From Patescibacteria group bacterium (lineage in GTDB: Bacteria > Patescibacteriota > Minisyncoccia > 2-02-FULL-40-12 > GWA2-44-9): a DNA stretch of 64,000 nt. This document shows positions 52,922 through 63,851 of this stretch, in pieces (the stretch's first letter is position 1; each line of letters begins with the position of its first letter). Position numbers and translations under genes: made by a program. The stretch lies in assembly GCA_038065515.1 (NCBI GenBank), contig JBBTQV010000016.1:5462-69461 (forward strand), read 5' to 3'. Below the pieces are notes generated by a model. It did no database searches, had not been told where the DNA came from, and saw nothing but the letters and a program-made list of their open reading frames with translations.

Positions 52922-53656
52922 TTATTGCGCCGCACTGCGCCCTGCCCAATGTTTATTCTGTAGAGCATCTTCAGCGGCGGCTTGCTGGGCATCCTGTTTA
53001 CTCTCGCCCTGACCTTCCCCCGCGAGTTCCTTTCCCAAGTACACGGCAATCTTGAACTGCCGAGCATGGTCGGGCCCCCACTCTTCCATGACGCGGTAGG
53101 TCGGCGTGACCCCGATGCGGTCCTGTGCCTCTTCCTGTAGGAGCGACTTGGGGTCGCGGTACAATTTTTTCGAAATGATTTCGGAGAGGTGTGTGAGCAC
53201 AAATTTGGCAACGAATGTTTTGCAAGGCTCATATCCGCCGTCGAGGTACATCGCACCGATGATCGCTTCAATAGCATTGGCAAGAATGTACTGCCGCGCA
53301 CGCCCCGTATCGCGTGCCTCGCCGCGCGAGAGTAGCATATAATCGTTGAGGTCGAAGTCCGCGGTGATTTCAGAGAGGATATTTGCGTTCACCAACGCAG
53401 CCCGCCAGTTGGTCATCTCCCCTTCGGGTGTCTCGGGATACTGCGCGAACAAATACTCGGTAACGATGAGCTCCAATACCGCGTCCCCCAGAAATTCCAA
53501 CCGTTCGTTGTGGCCGATAGGCCAGTCGGGATGCTCGTTGAGGTATGATCGGTGCGTCAACGCTTGCTCCAGCAGTTTGGAGTTTTTGAAGGTATATCCG
53601 ATGCGCTCTTGCAGAGGCGCTAGCTTTTGACTCGACATCCCGTGATGCCCAGCCAC
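52922..53656 (-). CDS. rnc: Ribonuclease III
   Basis: ALTHRS, NERLEFLGDAVL, EA.IGA.YLD and dsRBD DPKS.LQE motifs. The start may be ATG 53638. Confidence 0.96.
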   Translation of the reverse strand: MAGHHGMSSQKLAPLQERIGYTFKNSKLLEQALTHRSYLNEHPDWPIGHNERLEFLGDAVLELIVTEYLFAQYPETPEGEMTNWRAALVNANILSEITADFDLNDYMLLSRGEARDTGRARQYILANAIEAIIGAMYLDGGYEPCKTFVAKFVLTHLSEIISKKLYRDPKSLLQEEAQDRIGVTPTYRVMEEWGPDHARQFKIAVYLGKELAGEGQGESKQDAQQAAAEDALQNKHWAGRSAAQ

Positions 53657-53708
53657 ACATCACGCACGGCGGAGTCTCCTCCGTGCTTGGTCTATGGCCG
53701 GGTGATTA

Positions 53709-54209
53709 TTATTCTCCCGACAGTTCTGTCGGTTGCCCTTCTTTCATTTCTCCGTCCTTCTTGCGCGGCGGCGCATCGTCTTTGCCCGGTTCTCCCATTT
53801 CTTTGTACACAGTCCCGAGTACGCCGTTGATGAATCTGCCGCTGGACTCACCGCCGAACGATTTCGCCAGCTCGATGGCTTCGTTGATAGCAACCTTTGG
53901 CGGCACCGCATCACGATCACCCCACATTAACTCGAAGAGTCCCAGACGCAGAACATTACGGTCAACCATCGCGATCTGGTCGATGGGCCATTGCGGAGCG
54001 GCGGTCTCGATGATTTTGTCGATTTCGTCGATATGTTCCAGCGTTCCTTTGACCAGCTGGACGACAAACTCCGGTTCATCGAGTCCTTCACCGAATTCCT
54101 TGAGCATGTGTTCGAGAATTTCCGGCAACAGGTCATTATTGCGACCTTTGAAATCCCACTCATAGAGGGACTGCATCGCAACCGACCGTGCAAGATGTCG
54201 TGAGGCCAA
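53709..54209 (-). CDS. nusB: Transcription antitermination factor NusB
   Basis: [31 protein letters not shown] and FINGVL motifs. Confidence 0.95.
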   Translation of the reverse strand: MASRHLARSVAMQSLYEWDFKGRNNDLLPEILEHMLKEFGEGLDEPEFVVQLVKGTLEHIDEIDKIIETAAPQWPIDQIAMVDRNVLRLGLFELMWGDRDAVPPKVAINEAIELAKSFGGESSGRFINGVLGTVYKEMGEPGKDDAPPRKKDGEMKEGQPTELSGE

Positions 54210-54236
54210 GGAACAAAAACTTAGCGATCGTTATTC

Positions 54237-54458
54237 TTACTTCGCCTGATGCTTCTTCTTCTCCGCTTTCTTCATCTGCTTCGCCAGCACATTGACCACT
54301 TCGCGGCCCTTGTAGTACCCGCAATATTTGCACACCGTGTGCGGCTTGCCCATCTTTTTGCACTGACTGCAGGCGATGAATGCCTGTTTCTTCAACGCCA
54401 AGTGGCTGCGACGGCGCAGCTGCTTTCCCTTGGCCATATGGTGTCGTGGAACTCCCAT
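54237..54458 (-). CDS. rpmF: 50S ribosomal protein L32
   Basis: MGVP....K....RRSH, C..C and PH.VC..CGYYKG motifs. Confidence 0.95.
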   Translation of the reverse strand: MGVPRHHMAKGKQLRRRSHLALKKQAFIACSQCKKMGKPHTVCKYCGYYKGREVVNVLAKQMKKAEKKKHQAK

Positions 54459-54610
54459 CGGATAGAATCTAGAAGCTAGGAAATAGAATCTAGTAGTTAT
54501 CGTTACATTGGTAGATTTAACGGTAGCATAAAATCGTCATACTTACAAATCACCAAAAAACGGGTCGGAAAAACAGCCCAAAAACTGTCCACTTTGCGGC
54601 ATGGGCAACA

Positions 54611-57600
54611 GTGGGCTACAATGCCCCCATGGACCGCCGCCCCAGCCAATTCGACACGCCCCCACCTGGGGGCTTTGTTCACCTTCATACGCATTCGCAC
54701 TACTCGTTGCTGGATGGGCTATCCAAAATAGATGCACTGGTGAAGCGCGCAAAGGAACACGGCATGACCGCCATGGCACTGACCGACCACGGCGTGCTCT
54801 ATGGTGCCATCGAGTTTTATAAGAAAGCGACGAAGGCGGGCATCAAGCCCATCATCGGGTGCGAGATGTACATCACCGACACGACGCGGCACGACAAACA
54901 GCCTACCATCGACACCGACAAACGCTGGCATCTCATCTTGTTGGCCAAAGATGAAACGGGGTACCGCAATCTGGTAAAGCTCGTGACCGCGGCGCATCTG
55001 GAAGGGTTCTATTACAAGCCACGCATTGATAAACAGCTTCTGCGCGCGCACCACGAAGGGCTCATTGCGCTGTCGTCATGTCTCGGCGGAGAAATCTCGC
55101 GCGCACTGGCCGCGGGTGCCGACGAGAAAGCACGCCGCATCGCTACCGAGTACCGCGACATTATGGGGCCGGACAATTTCTATATCGAACTGCAACAGCA
55201 CACCAATATGCCCGAGCAAAACGAAATGACACCCAAGCTCGTTGCACTTGCCCGCGAATGTGGAATACCACTTGTCGCAACCCAGGATTCACACTACTGC
55301 ACACCCGATGATGCCAAAGCGCATGACATTCTACTCGCGGTGCAGACGGGCAACACGATCCATGACGAGAAACGGTTTTCGATGAATCAGGATGATTTTT
55401 CATTCTGCTCCGGAGAGGACATGCGGCAGAAATTTGCTTCTCTACCAGAGGATGTATCGCGTGAGGCATTTGCAAATACGGCTATCATTGCCGACCGGTG
55501 CAATCTCACGCTCGAGTTGGGCAAACTACAACTCCCCAATTTTCCACTGCCCAAAGGCCAGACCGATCCGTCCGAATATCTCACAACGCTGACTTATCAG
55601 GGATTGCGGCGCCGTTTTGGTGCGAAGCCGGACCCGTCAATCGTGGAGCGGGTTGAATTCGAATTGGGCGTTATCAAGCAGGCGGGATTTGCGGGCTACT
55701 TCCTTATCGTGCAGGATTTCGTGAACTGGGCGAAAAATCAGGGCATCTTTGTGGGTCCGGGCCGCGGTTCAGCAGCAGGTTCGCTGGTGTCGTACCTGCT
55801 GAACATCACCAATGTCGACCCGCTCAAGTACAATCTGCTATTCGAGCGGTTTCTCAATCCCGCCCGCATCAGCCAGCCGGATATCGATCTCGATTTCGCC
55901 GATGCGCGCCGCGGTGAAGTGCTCCAATATGTCGCCGAAAAATACGGCAAAGACCATGTAGCGCAAATCATCACCTTCGGCACCATGGCCGCCCGCGGAA
56001 GCATCCGTGATGCCGGCCGCGCGCTGGGATACACCTATGATTTTTGCGATTCCATCGCCAAGATCATTCCGGCCGGCCCGATTCCCGACTATCCGGGCAA
56101 ACGCACCGGCAAACCGTTCCTCCAGCACTGCGTGGAGAATGTGGACGAAGTAACACAGCTCTACAACTCCGACACACAGGCAAAAGCGCTCATCGACGCG
56201 GCCTGCAAACTCGAAGGCGTGGCGCGCCACGCGTCCACGCACGCCTGTGCTGTGGTCATCACACCCAAACCGCTCACCGAATATGTACCGCTCCAACAGG
56301 GCACGCACGAAAATGACATCATCACCCAGTACGAAATGCACGCGGTCGAGGACTTGGGTCTGTTGAAGATGGATTTTCTCGGACTGGCGAACCTCACCAT
56401 CATCGAAGATACGCTTAACATGGTGAAGTCAAATCACGGCACAAGTATCGACATTGATTCCATACCCCTGGATGATGCGAAGACATTCGCATCATTACAG
56501 CAGGCACAGACGACGGGCGTGTTCCAGTTGGAGTCCGCCGGTATGAAACGCTATCTCAAAGAGCTCAAGCCCACCGGCGTAGAAGACATCATCGCGATGG
56601 TTGCGCTGTACCGGCCGGGCCCGATGGATCTGATTCCCGATTATGTCGATCGCAAACACGGACGCCAGCGCGTTGAGTACCTGCACCCCGCGCTGGAGCC
56701 CATCATGAAACCGACCTACGGCATCATGGTATACCAAGAACAGCTCATGGCGGCCGTACGCGCACTGGCGGGTTTCACGCTAGCCGAAGCCGATGTGATG
56801 CGTAAAGCCGTCGGAAAGAAAATCAAATCACTCATGGAGGAGCAAGAGGGCAAGTTTAAGGAGGGATGCGCAACCGCCGGAACGCCACCGGATGTTGCGA
56901 ACAAATTCTGGGAGCTCGTAGAACCGTTCAACCGTTACGCGTTCAACCGCAGTCATGCGGCGTGCTACGCGATGGTTGCCTACCAGACCGCGTACCTGAA
57001 GGCTAATTTCCCGAATGAGTTTATGGCCTCATTCATGAATTCGGAGACCGGCGACATCGAGCGCGTCGCATTTCTGGTGGATGAGGCGCGGCAGATGGAT
57101 ATTCAGGTGTTGCCTCCCGACATCAATGAGAGCGCTGAGCGGTTCACGGTGGTAACGAGTAACGAAAAACGAGAAACGAGTAAGCCGTCGTTGCGGTTCG
57201 GGCTCACTGCGATCAAGAACATCGGCGCAACGGTTGTCGGTGCCATTATCCAAGAACGGCGCGCCAACGGACCATTTGTGAACATTGAAGATTTGATTGT
57301 CCGCGTCCAACACAAAGACATGACCCGAAAATCGCTGGAGGCACTGGCCAAGTGCGGAGCGCTCGACGGTATGGGCGAACGAAATACGCTTTTGGCGAAC
57401 ATCGAGACACTGCTTATCCACGCAAAAGAAAAACAGAAACATTCCACCATGGGACAGGTCAGCCTGTTCGGGGAAGCGATGGAAGCGGAACTGCCGCCCG
57501 TGAAACTGATACCCGCCGAGCCCTCGGCAAAAGCAGACCGTCTGCGGTGGGAAAAAGAACTCATCGGCTTGTATGTCAGCGAGCACCCGTTGAGCGACTA

Positions 57601-57916
57601 TCAGGCGCGCCTTGCGCTCGAGCGGCCCACCGCCATCAAAGACCTCAAGCCCATCCCCGGCTCGCAGGCAAAAATTGCCGGTCTCATCACCAGCACGAAA
57701 AAAATACTCACCAAAACAGGCAAACCGATGCTGTTCTCGCTCATCGAAGACCTCACGGCAAAAATAGAGGTGGTGGTGTTCCCCTCCGTGCTGGAGAAGT
57801 CTCCGAACGCCTGGGCGCCCAACACGGTCGTCGTACTGTCGGGCAAGCTCGACAACCGCGACGGCAATCTCAAACTGCTCTGCGACACCGCAAAGCCCAT
57901 CGCTATCGTGGCATGA
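54611..57916 (+). CDS. dnaE: DNA polymerase III alpha subunit
   Basis: FVHLHTHSHYSLLDG, ALTDHG, GPGRGSAAGS, FERFLNP.R...PDID.DF, KMDFLGL and FNRSHAA.Y motifs. Confidence 0.97.
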   Translation: MGYNAPMDRRPSQFDTPPPGGFVHLHTHSHYSLLDGLSKIDALVKRAKEHGMTAMALTDHGVLYGAIEFYKKATKAGIKPIIGCEMYITDTTRHDKQPTIDTDKRWHLILLAKDETGYRNLVKLVTAAHLEGFYYKPRIDKQLLRAHHEGLIALSSCLGGEISRALAAGADEKARRIATEYRDIMGPDNFYIELQQHTNMPEQNEMTPKLVALARECGIPLVATQDSHYCTPDDAKAHDILLAVQTGNTIHDEKRFSMNQDDFSFCSGEDMRQKFASLPEDVSREAFANTAIIADRCNLTLELGKLQLPNFPLPKGQTDPSEYLTTLTYQGLRRRFGAKPDPSIVERVEFELGVIKQAGFAGYFLIVQDFVNWAKNQGIFVGPGRGSAAGSLVSYLLNITNVDPLKYNLLFERFLNPARISQPDIDLDFADARRGEVLQYVAEKYGKDHVAQIITFGTMAARGSIRDAGRALGYTYDFCDSIAKIIPAGPIPDYPGKRTGKPFLQHCVENVDEVTQLYNSDTQAKALIDAACKLEGVARHASTHACAVVITPKPLTEYVPLQQGTHENDIITQYEMHAVEDLGLLKMDFLGLANLTIIEDTLNMVKSNHGTSIDIDSIPLDDAKTFASLQQAQTTGVFQLESAGMKRYLKELKPTGVEDIIAMVALYRPGPMDLIPDYVDRKHGRQRVEYLHPALEPIMKPTYGIMVYQEQLMAAVRALAGFTLAEADVMRKAVGKKIKSLMEEQEGKFKEGCATAGTPPDVANKFWELVEPFNRYAFNRSHAACYAMVAYQTAYLKANFPNEFMASFMNSETGDIERVAFLVDEARQMDIQVLPPDINESAERFTVVTSNEKRETSKPSLRFGLTAIKNIGATVVGAIIQERRANGPFVNIEDLIVRVQHKDMTRKSLEALAKCGALDGMGERNTLLANIETLLIHAKEKQKHSTMGQVSLFGEAMEAELPPVKLIPAEPSAKADRLRWEKELIGLYVSEHPLSDYQARLALERPTAIKDLKPIPGSQAKIAGLITSTKKILTKTGKPMLFSLIEDLTAKIEVVVFPSVLEKSPNAWAPNTVVVLSGKLDNRDGNLKLLCDTAKPIAIVA

Positions 57917-58163
57917 AAAAGCGGGGCCCCGTGGACCCCGCCGCTTGCCCGTTAGGGCGGTGGATCTCTTCCGTCAATCATGACGGCCTCCTCTGAAGAG
58001 TACCAAGCAAAAAAGAGTCGCCGTTTTACATGGTTCCCTCGGCCGTTGCGCGAGAAGCGCGGGGCCCCGAGAGCGAGACTGGAACCAGCCTCTATACTAA
58101 TGATAGCAGGTTATATGTCATTTGTCAATAGTTTCGTAAATGGCACTATTTTGCTAGGATAAC

Positions 58164-59906
58164 ATGATTATGGCACAGAACATCGAACATATCCGACACA
58201 CACTCGCCCACCTGCTCGCGGCAGCCGTGTTGAAGCTGTATCCTGATGCCAAGCGCACCATCGGACCGGCCATCGATACCGGCTTCTACTATGATTTTGA
58301 GTTTTCCGCGCCTATCAGCGATGAAGATTTGCCGCGCATTGAGATGGAAATGAAGAAATTGCTACCGACTTGGACATCGTTCTCCCATAAGGAAGTCTCA
58401 GCCGACGAGGCGCGTGCATTTTTCAGGGACAACCCCTATAAGCTCGAGCTCATCGATGAAATTGCGGCGAAGGGTGAAAAGCTCACTCTGTACACCTCCG
58501 GCGATTTTACGGATCTATGCCGCGGCGGCCATGTGGATGACCCCTCTTCCATTGATCCGGCATCGTTCAAGCTCGACAAGCTCGCGGGCGCATACTGGCG
58601 CGGCGACGAAAAGAACACCATGCTCACCCGCATCTATGGTTTTGCATTTGAGACTGCTGACGCGCTGAACGCCTATACCACAATGATGGAGGAAGCAAAA
58701 AAGCGCGACCATAAGGTGCTGGGCCTCCAGCTCGATTTGTTCACCTTCTCCGAATTAGTCGGTTCCGGCCTGCCGCTGTGGACTCCGCGCGGCACGCTGG
58801 TGCGCAATCTGTTGGATGATTTTGTCTGGTCTCTGCGCCGTGCCCGCGGATATGAACGCGTTGAAATCCCGCATATCACAAAGAAAGATTTATATGAGAA
58901 GAGCGGTCACTGGGACAAATACAAGGACGACCTATTCAAGATTACGACCAGAGAGGGACATGTATTCGCGATGAAGCCGATGAATTGTCCGCACCACACA
59001 CAAATCTACGCCCGCCGACCGCATAGCTACCGCGAACTCCCCCAGCGCTATGCAAATACCACAATGGTGTACCGCGATGAGCAGTCCGGTGAGCTTGCCG
59101 GCATCACGCGCGTGCGCTCGATCACGCAGGACGATGCCCATGTGTTCTGCCGCATGAATCAGGTCAAGGACGAGGCGCTCAAAGTGTGGGACATCATCCA
59201 CGAGTTCTACGGTGCATTCAACATTCCGTTGCGTGTGAGACTATCACTGCGCGACCCCGCACAGCCCGAAAAATATCTGGGCAATGCCGCCAACTGGGAA
59301 GCCGCCGAAGAAATACTGCACGCTATTATCGCAGATAAAAAAGTGAACGCCATTGACGGACTGGGAGAAGCTGCCTTCTACGGCCCGAAGCTCGATTTCA
59401 TGGGACGCGACGCCATCGGACGCGAGCATCAGGTTGCCACCATCCAGCTGGACATGAACATGCCGGAGCGCTTCGACCTCACCTGCACGAATGAAAAGGG
59501 TGAGCATGAACGCATCGTGATGATACACTGCGCAATCATGGGCTCCATCGAGCGGTTCATGGCGGTACTCATCGAGCACACCGCGGGCGCACTTCCGCTA
59601 TGGCTCTCCCCCGTGCAAGTGGCGGTGCTCCCCATTTCCGATAAACATACCGACGCCGCACATGCGCTGGTGCCCGAGCTCCAGCTCGCAGGTATCCGTG
59701 TGCAGATGGACGACGCGAAAGAAACAATCGGCAAGAAAATCCGAGCATCCGAAACGATGAAAATTCCCTATACGCTCATTCTGGGCGATAAAGACATCGC
59801 CGCAGGAGTTGTCTCGGTGCGCAAGCGCGGCGGCGAGGACTTGGGGCAGCTGTCGCTGGACCAGTTTATCTCTCATCTGAAGAAGGAGGTCGTAGCAAAA
59901 GCGTAA
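58164..59906 (+). CDS. thrS: Threonine--tRNA ligase
   Basis: RHTLAHL, DLCRGGH, GAYWRG, KPMNCP, QDDAH, FYGPK and GSIERF motifs. Confidence 0.97.
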   Translation: MIMAQNIEHIRHTLAHLLAAAVLKLYPDAKRTIGPAIDTGFYYDFEFSAPISDEDLPRIEMEMKKLLPTWTSFSHKEVSADEARAFFRDNPYKLELIDEIAAKGEKLTLYTSGDFTDLCRGGHVDDPSSIDPASFKLDKLAGAYWRGDEKNTMLTRIYGFAFETADALNAYTTMMEEAKKRDHKVLGLQLDLFTFSELVGSGLPLWTPRGTLVRNLLDDFVWSLRRARGYERVEIPHITKKDLYEKSGHWDKYKDDLFKITTREGHVFAMKPMNCPHHTQIYARRPHSYRELPQRYANTTMVYRDEQSGELAGITRVRSITQDDAHVFCRMNQVKDEALKVWDIIHEFYGAFNIPLRVRLSLRDPAQPEKYLGNAANWEAAEEILHAIIADKKVNAIDGLGEAAFYGPKLDFMGRDAIGREHQVATIQLDMNMPERFDLTCTNEKGEHERIVMIHCAIMGSIERFMAVLIEHTAGALPLWLSPVQVAVLPISDKHTDAAHALVPELQLAGIRVQMDDAKETIGKKIRASETMKIPYTLILGDKDIAAGVVSVRKRGGEDLGQLSLDQFISHLKKEVVAKA

Positions 59907-59931
59907 GAAAAGCCCCCTCGTCAGGGGGCTG

Positions 59932-60480
59932 TCAATGAAAGATTGTCCAGACCGAGAGGGCGCCCGCCATGAGGTAGGCGGTCCGAATCGCGTTCCCAAC
60001 AACGAGAGCGTACAGTCCTCCGCGGAACTTCGTGATGCCCACACCAAGCAGGGCCGGTGACCGCACGCCCCACACTGGATATACACCGACGCCGGAGAGA
60101 AAGCCACACCCCGCCCACTTCGTCATGGTCAGCAAACGACGCCCTTGTCGATGCGCCTGATCGCGTCGGACGCGTAACTCGTCGAAAAACGAGTCAACAT
60201 ACCCTTCTTGGCGAATGAGCCTGGCTGCCTGCTTTGCAACCACGATGAGACGCTGAATGCGGTTCGTGTCCGCGATGAGATCGCAGAGCCACCCCCAGAA
60301 CCAGTATGTCCATGCCATCTTTCCGGTTGTTATCAGGATGACGATGATAGTCGCGGGCACGATTCCGAGTCCCAACCACAACCGCCATGCCTCCGATGAA
60401 AGGATGAGCAGGTCGCCTTGAATTGGGATCGTCAGCACCGCGACACCCAGCGGCCAGAAGTCGACTACATGCCGGTGCAT
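59932..60480 (-). CDS. Hypothetical membrane protein
   Basis: 182 aa with several hydrophobic segments and an AGGAGG SD. Confidence 0.6.
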   Translation of the reverse strand: MHRHVVDFWPLGVAVLTIPIQGDLLILSSEAWRLWLGLGIVPATIIVILITTGKMAWTYWFWGWLCDLIADTNRIQRLIVVAKQAARLIRQEGYVDSFFDELRVRRDQAHRQGRRLLTMTKWAGCGFLSGVGVYPVWGVRSPALLGVGITKFRGGLYALVVGNAIRTAYLMAGALSVWTIFH

Positions 60481-60523
60481 CTCTCCTCCTTGCAGTAAAA
60501 GGAACGGTTGGGTATATTATACC

Positions 60524-61471
60524 ATGTTTTATATGAAAGACAATCGCCCACGCATCATCGTTGTTGCCGGTCCCACCGCTTCAGGAAAATCTGATATCGC
60601 GATTGCGTTGGCGCGCCGCTTCAACGGAGAAATCATTTCCGCTGATTCGCGGCAGGTATACCGCGGGATGGATATCGGCACCGGCAAAGTCACCAAACGC
60701 GAGCAGAAACTCGCCCGACATCATCTTCTTGATGTTGCCTCCCCAACCCGACAATACAGCGTAGCTCACTTCAAACGCGATGCACAGCGTGCGATCCGCG
60801 ACATTGTACGCCGCGGTAAAATACCCATCGTCTGCGGCGGTACCGGCTTTTGGATCGATGCTTTGGTGTATGACCTGCAGTTGCCGAATGTGAAGCCCGA
60901 TGCCAAACTCCGCGCGCAGTTGCGAAAGCTATCCATAATACAACTCTACACCCGCCTGAAAAAGCTCGACCCCGTCCGTGCGGCAACTATTGACCGGCAC
61001 AACCCTGTTCGTCTTATCCGCGCACTGGAAATCGTACTCGTCACCAGCAAACCCGTTCCCGCTAAAAAGGTACAAGCTACCAGCTACAACCCTCTGTATC
61101 TGGGCGTATCGCGCCCGATGGATGAACTCAAACAACGCATCGAGAAGCGTCTGGACGCCCGCCTCAAGTCGGGCATGGTTGCCGAAGTGCGCCGGCTGCG
61201 CACATCGGGTGTTTCCTGGAAGCGACTGGAATCGTTCGGCCTTGAATACCGCTGGGTCGCAAGATACTTGCAGGCAGTAACAAAAAACAAGAAACGAAAA
61301 ACGAATAGTTTTTCAGAAATGAGAGCCGGATTGCTGCGTGACATTATCGCCTACGCCAAACGCCAGCTCACCTGGTGGCGAAAAAATTCTGATCTAGTCC
61401 ATATCGCCGATGAAGCTCACGCACAGAGGTTCGTGGCAAAATTTCTAAAGTCTGCTCAAAAAACAAAATGA
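60524..61471 (+). CDS. miaA: tRNA dimethylallyltransferase
   Basis: GPTASGKS, SADSRQVY.GMDIGTGK, GGTG and YAKRQ.TW motifs. Confidence 0.96.
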   Translation: MFYMKDNRPRIIVVAGPTASGKSDIAIALARRFNGEIISADSRQVYRGMDIGTGKVTKREQKLARHHLLDVASPTRQYSVAHFKRDAQRAIRDIVRRGKIPIVCGGTGFWIDALVYDLQLPNVKPDAKLRAQLRKLSIIQLYTRLKKLDPVRAATIDRHNPVRLIRALEIVLVTSKPVPAKKVQATSYNPLYLGVSRPMDELKQRIEKRLDARLKSGMVAEVRRLRTSGVSWKRLESFGLEYRWVARYLQAVTKNKKRKTNSFSEMRAGLLRDIIAYAKRQLTWWRKNSDLVHIADEAHAQRFVAKFLKSAQKTK

Positions 61472-61625
61472 GCCACCGATGGTGGTTCATTTTATAGGCC
61501 CCAAGAGCGATAAAGTTTTATTGCACACTCCCCGGCTTCCCCTTACGGTTGGCCTTCTTTCTCTTGGGACCCACCTATAAGGTATTCTTCGCTCTTATTG
61601 CGTCAATATCAGTTATCCACAGGCC

Positions 61626-63092
61626 CTACAAGCTCAACTTTTCCCGCAACATCTGCTCGGCAACTTTCGGGTCGGCTTTACCTTTCGAAAGCGCCATCAC
61701 CTTGCCGACAAGCGCTTTCAGCGCGACTTCTTTGCCACCCTTGAAATCGGCGACAATTTTTTCACTCTGCGCGATAGCGTCTTCGACAAAGATGTTCATC
61801 GATACCGAATCGGACACCTGCGCGAGATCTTTGGCCTTGATGATGTCTTCCGGGTCCTCGCCCGTCTCCCACATCGTCTGCAAGACAACCTGCGCGGCGG
61901 TACTGCCGATTTGTCCCGACGCCACGCGGACGACAAAATCAGCGAACAGTGCGGGAGTGATCTTGGTGTCCTGCGGAATGGCTGAAACGGCATTGAGCTT
62001 CGGCTGCAATTGCGTGATAAGCCAGTTCGCGGCAACCTTAGTGAGTTTTCCATAATCGGTCGCCTCGCCCGTGACGGGACTGTCTTCGGCCTTCAACTCG
62101 GACACGACTTCTTCAAAAAAATCTCCCAGCTCCTTGAACACCGTCAAAATCTCCACATCACCATCGGGCAAACCGTACTCGCGCGCGAACCGTTCACGCC
62201 GCGCCACAGGCAGTTCCGGAAGTGATGCGCGGATGGCTTCAATCTCGGTGTCGGTGAACACGATAGGCGGGAGGTCGGGTTCCGGGAAATAGCGGTAGTC
62301 GGCACTCCCCTCTTTGGTGCGTTGGCTAATCGTCTTGTCGTGCACATCGTCCCACCCGCGCGTCTCCTGAACGAGCGTCCCGCCCGATTCAAGCACTTCT
62401 GCCTGCCGTTTGATTTCGTAATCAGCAGACTTTGCCGCTGAAGAAATTGAGTTGATGTTTTTGACTTCCACTTTCGTACCGTAGTCCTTCTGTCCTTTGG
62501 GCCGTAGCGACAGGTTTACCTCAATGCGCATCTGGCCTTTTTCCATATCCGCATCAGACGCCCCGAGATACCGCAAGATGAGCTGCAGTTCGGATGCAAA
62601 CCGGCGTACCTCTTCGGGTTCAGTGAGGTCGGGATGCGTAACCAACTCCATCAGCGGGACACCTGCGCGGTTGTAGTCGACAAGCGTGACATCACCCGAT
62701 TCGTGTATCAGTTTTCCGGCATCTTCCTCTAAATGGATACGCTCGATACGAATCTTCTTCCCGCCCACATTAAGCACACCTTCACGACAAAATGGAACCT
62801 GAAATTGAGATATCTGGTACCCCTTGGGCAGATCGGGATAGAAGTAATTTTTACGCTCGAAGAATGAATGCTTTTCGATACTGCACTCAAGCGCCAGACC
62901 GGCCGCGATGAGTTTTTCCACCGCACCGCGGTTGATAACCGGCAGTGTTCCGGGGTGGCCCATGCAAATGGGACAGACATTCAGGTTGGGAGTCTTCTCC
63001 AGTGGGTCGTTGGCACAGTCGCAGAACATCTTTGTCTTCGTGTTCAGCTCCGCGTGCACTTCCAAGCCGATGGTGGTCAGGTAGTCGGTCAT
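61626..63092 (-). CDS. gatB: Asp/Glu-tRNA amidotransferase subunit B
   Basis: IGLEVH.EL.T.TKMFC, RKNYFYPDLPKGYQI, HLEEDAGK and YRYFPEPDL motifs. Confidence 0.97.
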   Translation of the reverse strand: MTDYLTTIGLEVHAELNTKTKMFCDCANDPLEKTPNLNVCPICMGHPGTLPVINRGAVEKLIAAGLALECSIEKHSFFERKNYFYPDLPKGYQISQFQVPFCREGVLNVGGKKIRIERIHLEEDAGKLIHESGDVTLVDYNRAGVPLMELVTHPDLTEPEEVRRFASELQLILRYLGASDADMEKGQMRIEVNLSLRPKGQKDYGTKVEVKNINSISSAAKSADYEIKRQAEVLESGGTLVQETRGWDDVHDKTISQRTKEGSADYRYFPEPDLPPIVFTDTEIEAIRASLPELPVARRERFAREYGLPDGDVEILTVFKELGDFFEEVVSELKAEDSPVTGEATDYGKLTKVAANWLITQLQPKLNAVSAIPQDTKITPALFADFVVRVASGQIGSTAAQVVLQTMWETGEDPEDIIKAKDLAQVSDSVSMNIFVEDAIAQSEKIVADFKGGKEVALKALVGKVMALSKGKADPKVAEQMLREKLSL

Positions 63093-63170
63093 TGCATTGC
63101 CACTGTACCATGAAAATAGGTGGTTATAAAAGACCATCTCCTGATAAGAGATGGTCTTGGTTTGTCAGAA

Positions 63171-63851
63171 CTATCCGATGTCGCCATGGGCCGCACGGAG
63201 CCGCGACCGAAGCTTCTCGACCAGGCCGTCCTTTTCGAAATGGTGCTTGACGCGCTCCAGCACCTGCGGACGGGTCAGTTCGTCCGTATCAATTGCATGA
63301 ATCTTCCACGGACGCTCGGCCCGATGCTTGAGCAGATCGGCGAAACATTCGAACCCTCGTGACACTCGGGCATGAAACTCTTCGCCCCTCGCCTCAATAC
63401 GATCCGGCTGCTTGTTCGGATTGCGCATGCGGACAACCTCTGGCGACGCTTTCAGAACGAATGTGATGTCGGGCACCACACCGCAGGTCGCCAGTTCGAT
63501 CGCCGGAAGCGCGAGAGTCGGATCTAGGCCACATCCGGCAACCTGATATGCGAGAGAAGATAGGGTGGAGCGATCGAGCACCACGATCTCGCCAGCTTGG
63601 ATCGCCGAGATGATTCCTTGTTTCATCAACTGCGCTCGCGACGCCAGAAACAGAAACAACTCCGCCGCCGGAACGATCGGTTGCGAACTGTGCTTGAGAA
63701 TCTCCCGCAATGTCGGACCGAGTGACCCGCTGCCCGGCTCATAGAGCTGCTGCACCGGGATCTCCGGAAACTCCTTTTCGAGCCACTCGGCGAATATCTT
63801 CGCCGTCGACGACTTTCCGCATCCGTCGTTGCCCTCAAATAGTACCAACAT
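63171..63851 (-). CDS. tmk: Thymidylate kinase
   Basis: FEGNDGCGKS, EPG, ELFLFLASR, DR...SS.AYQ, PD and DRIE motifs. Confidence 0.93.
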   Translation of the reverse strand: MLVLFEGNDGCGKSSTAKIFAEWLEKEFPEIPVQQLYEPGSGSLGPTLREILKHSSQPIVPAAELFLFLASRAQLMKQGIISAIQAGEIVVLDRSTLSSLAYQVAGCGLDPTLALPAIELATCGVVPDITFVLKASPEVVRMRNPNKQPDRIEARGEEFHARVSRGFECFADLLKHRAERPWKIHAIDTDELTRPQVLERVKHHFEKDGLVEKLRSRLRAAHGDIG

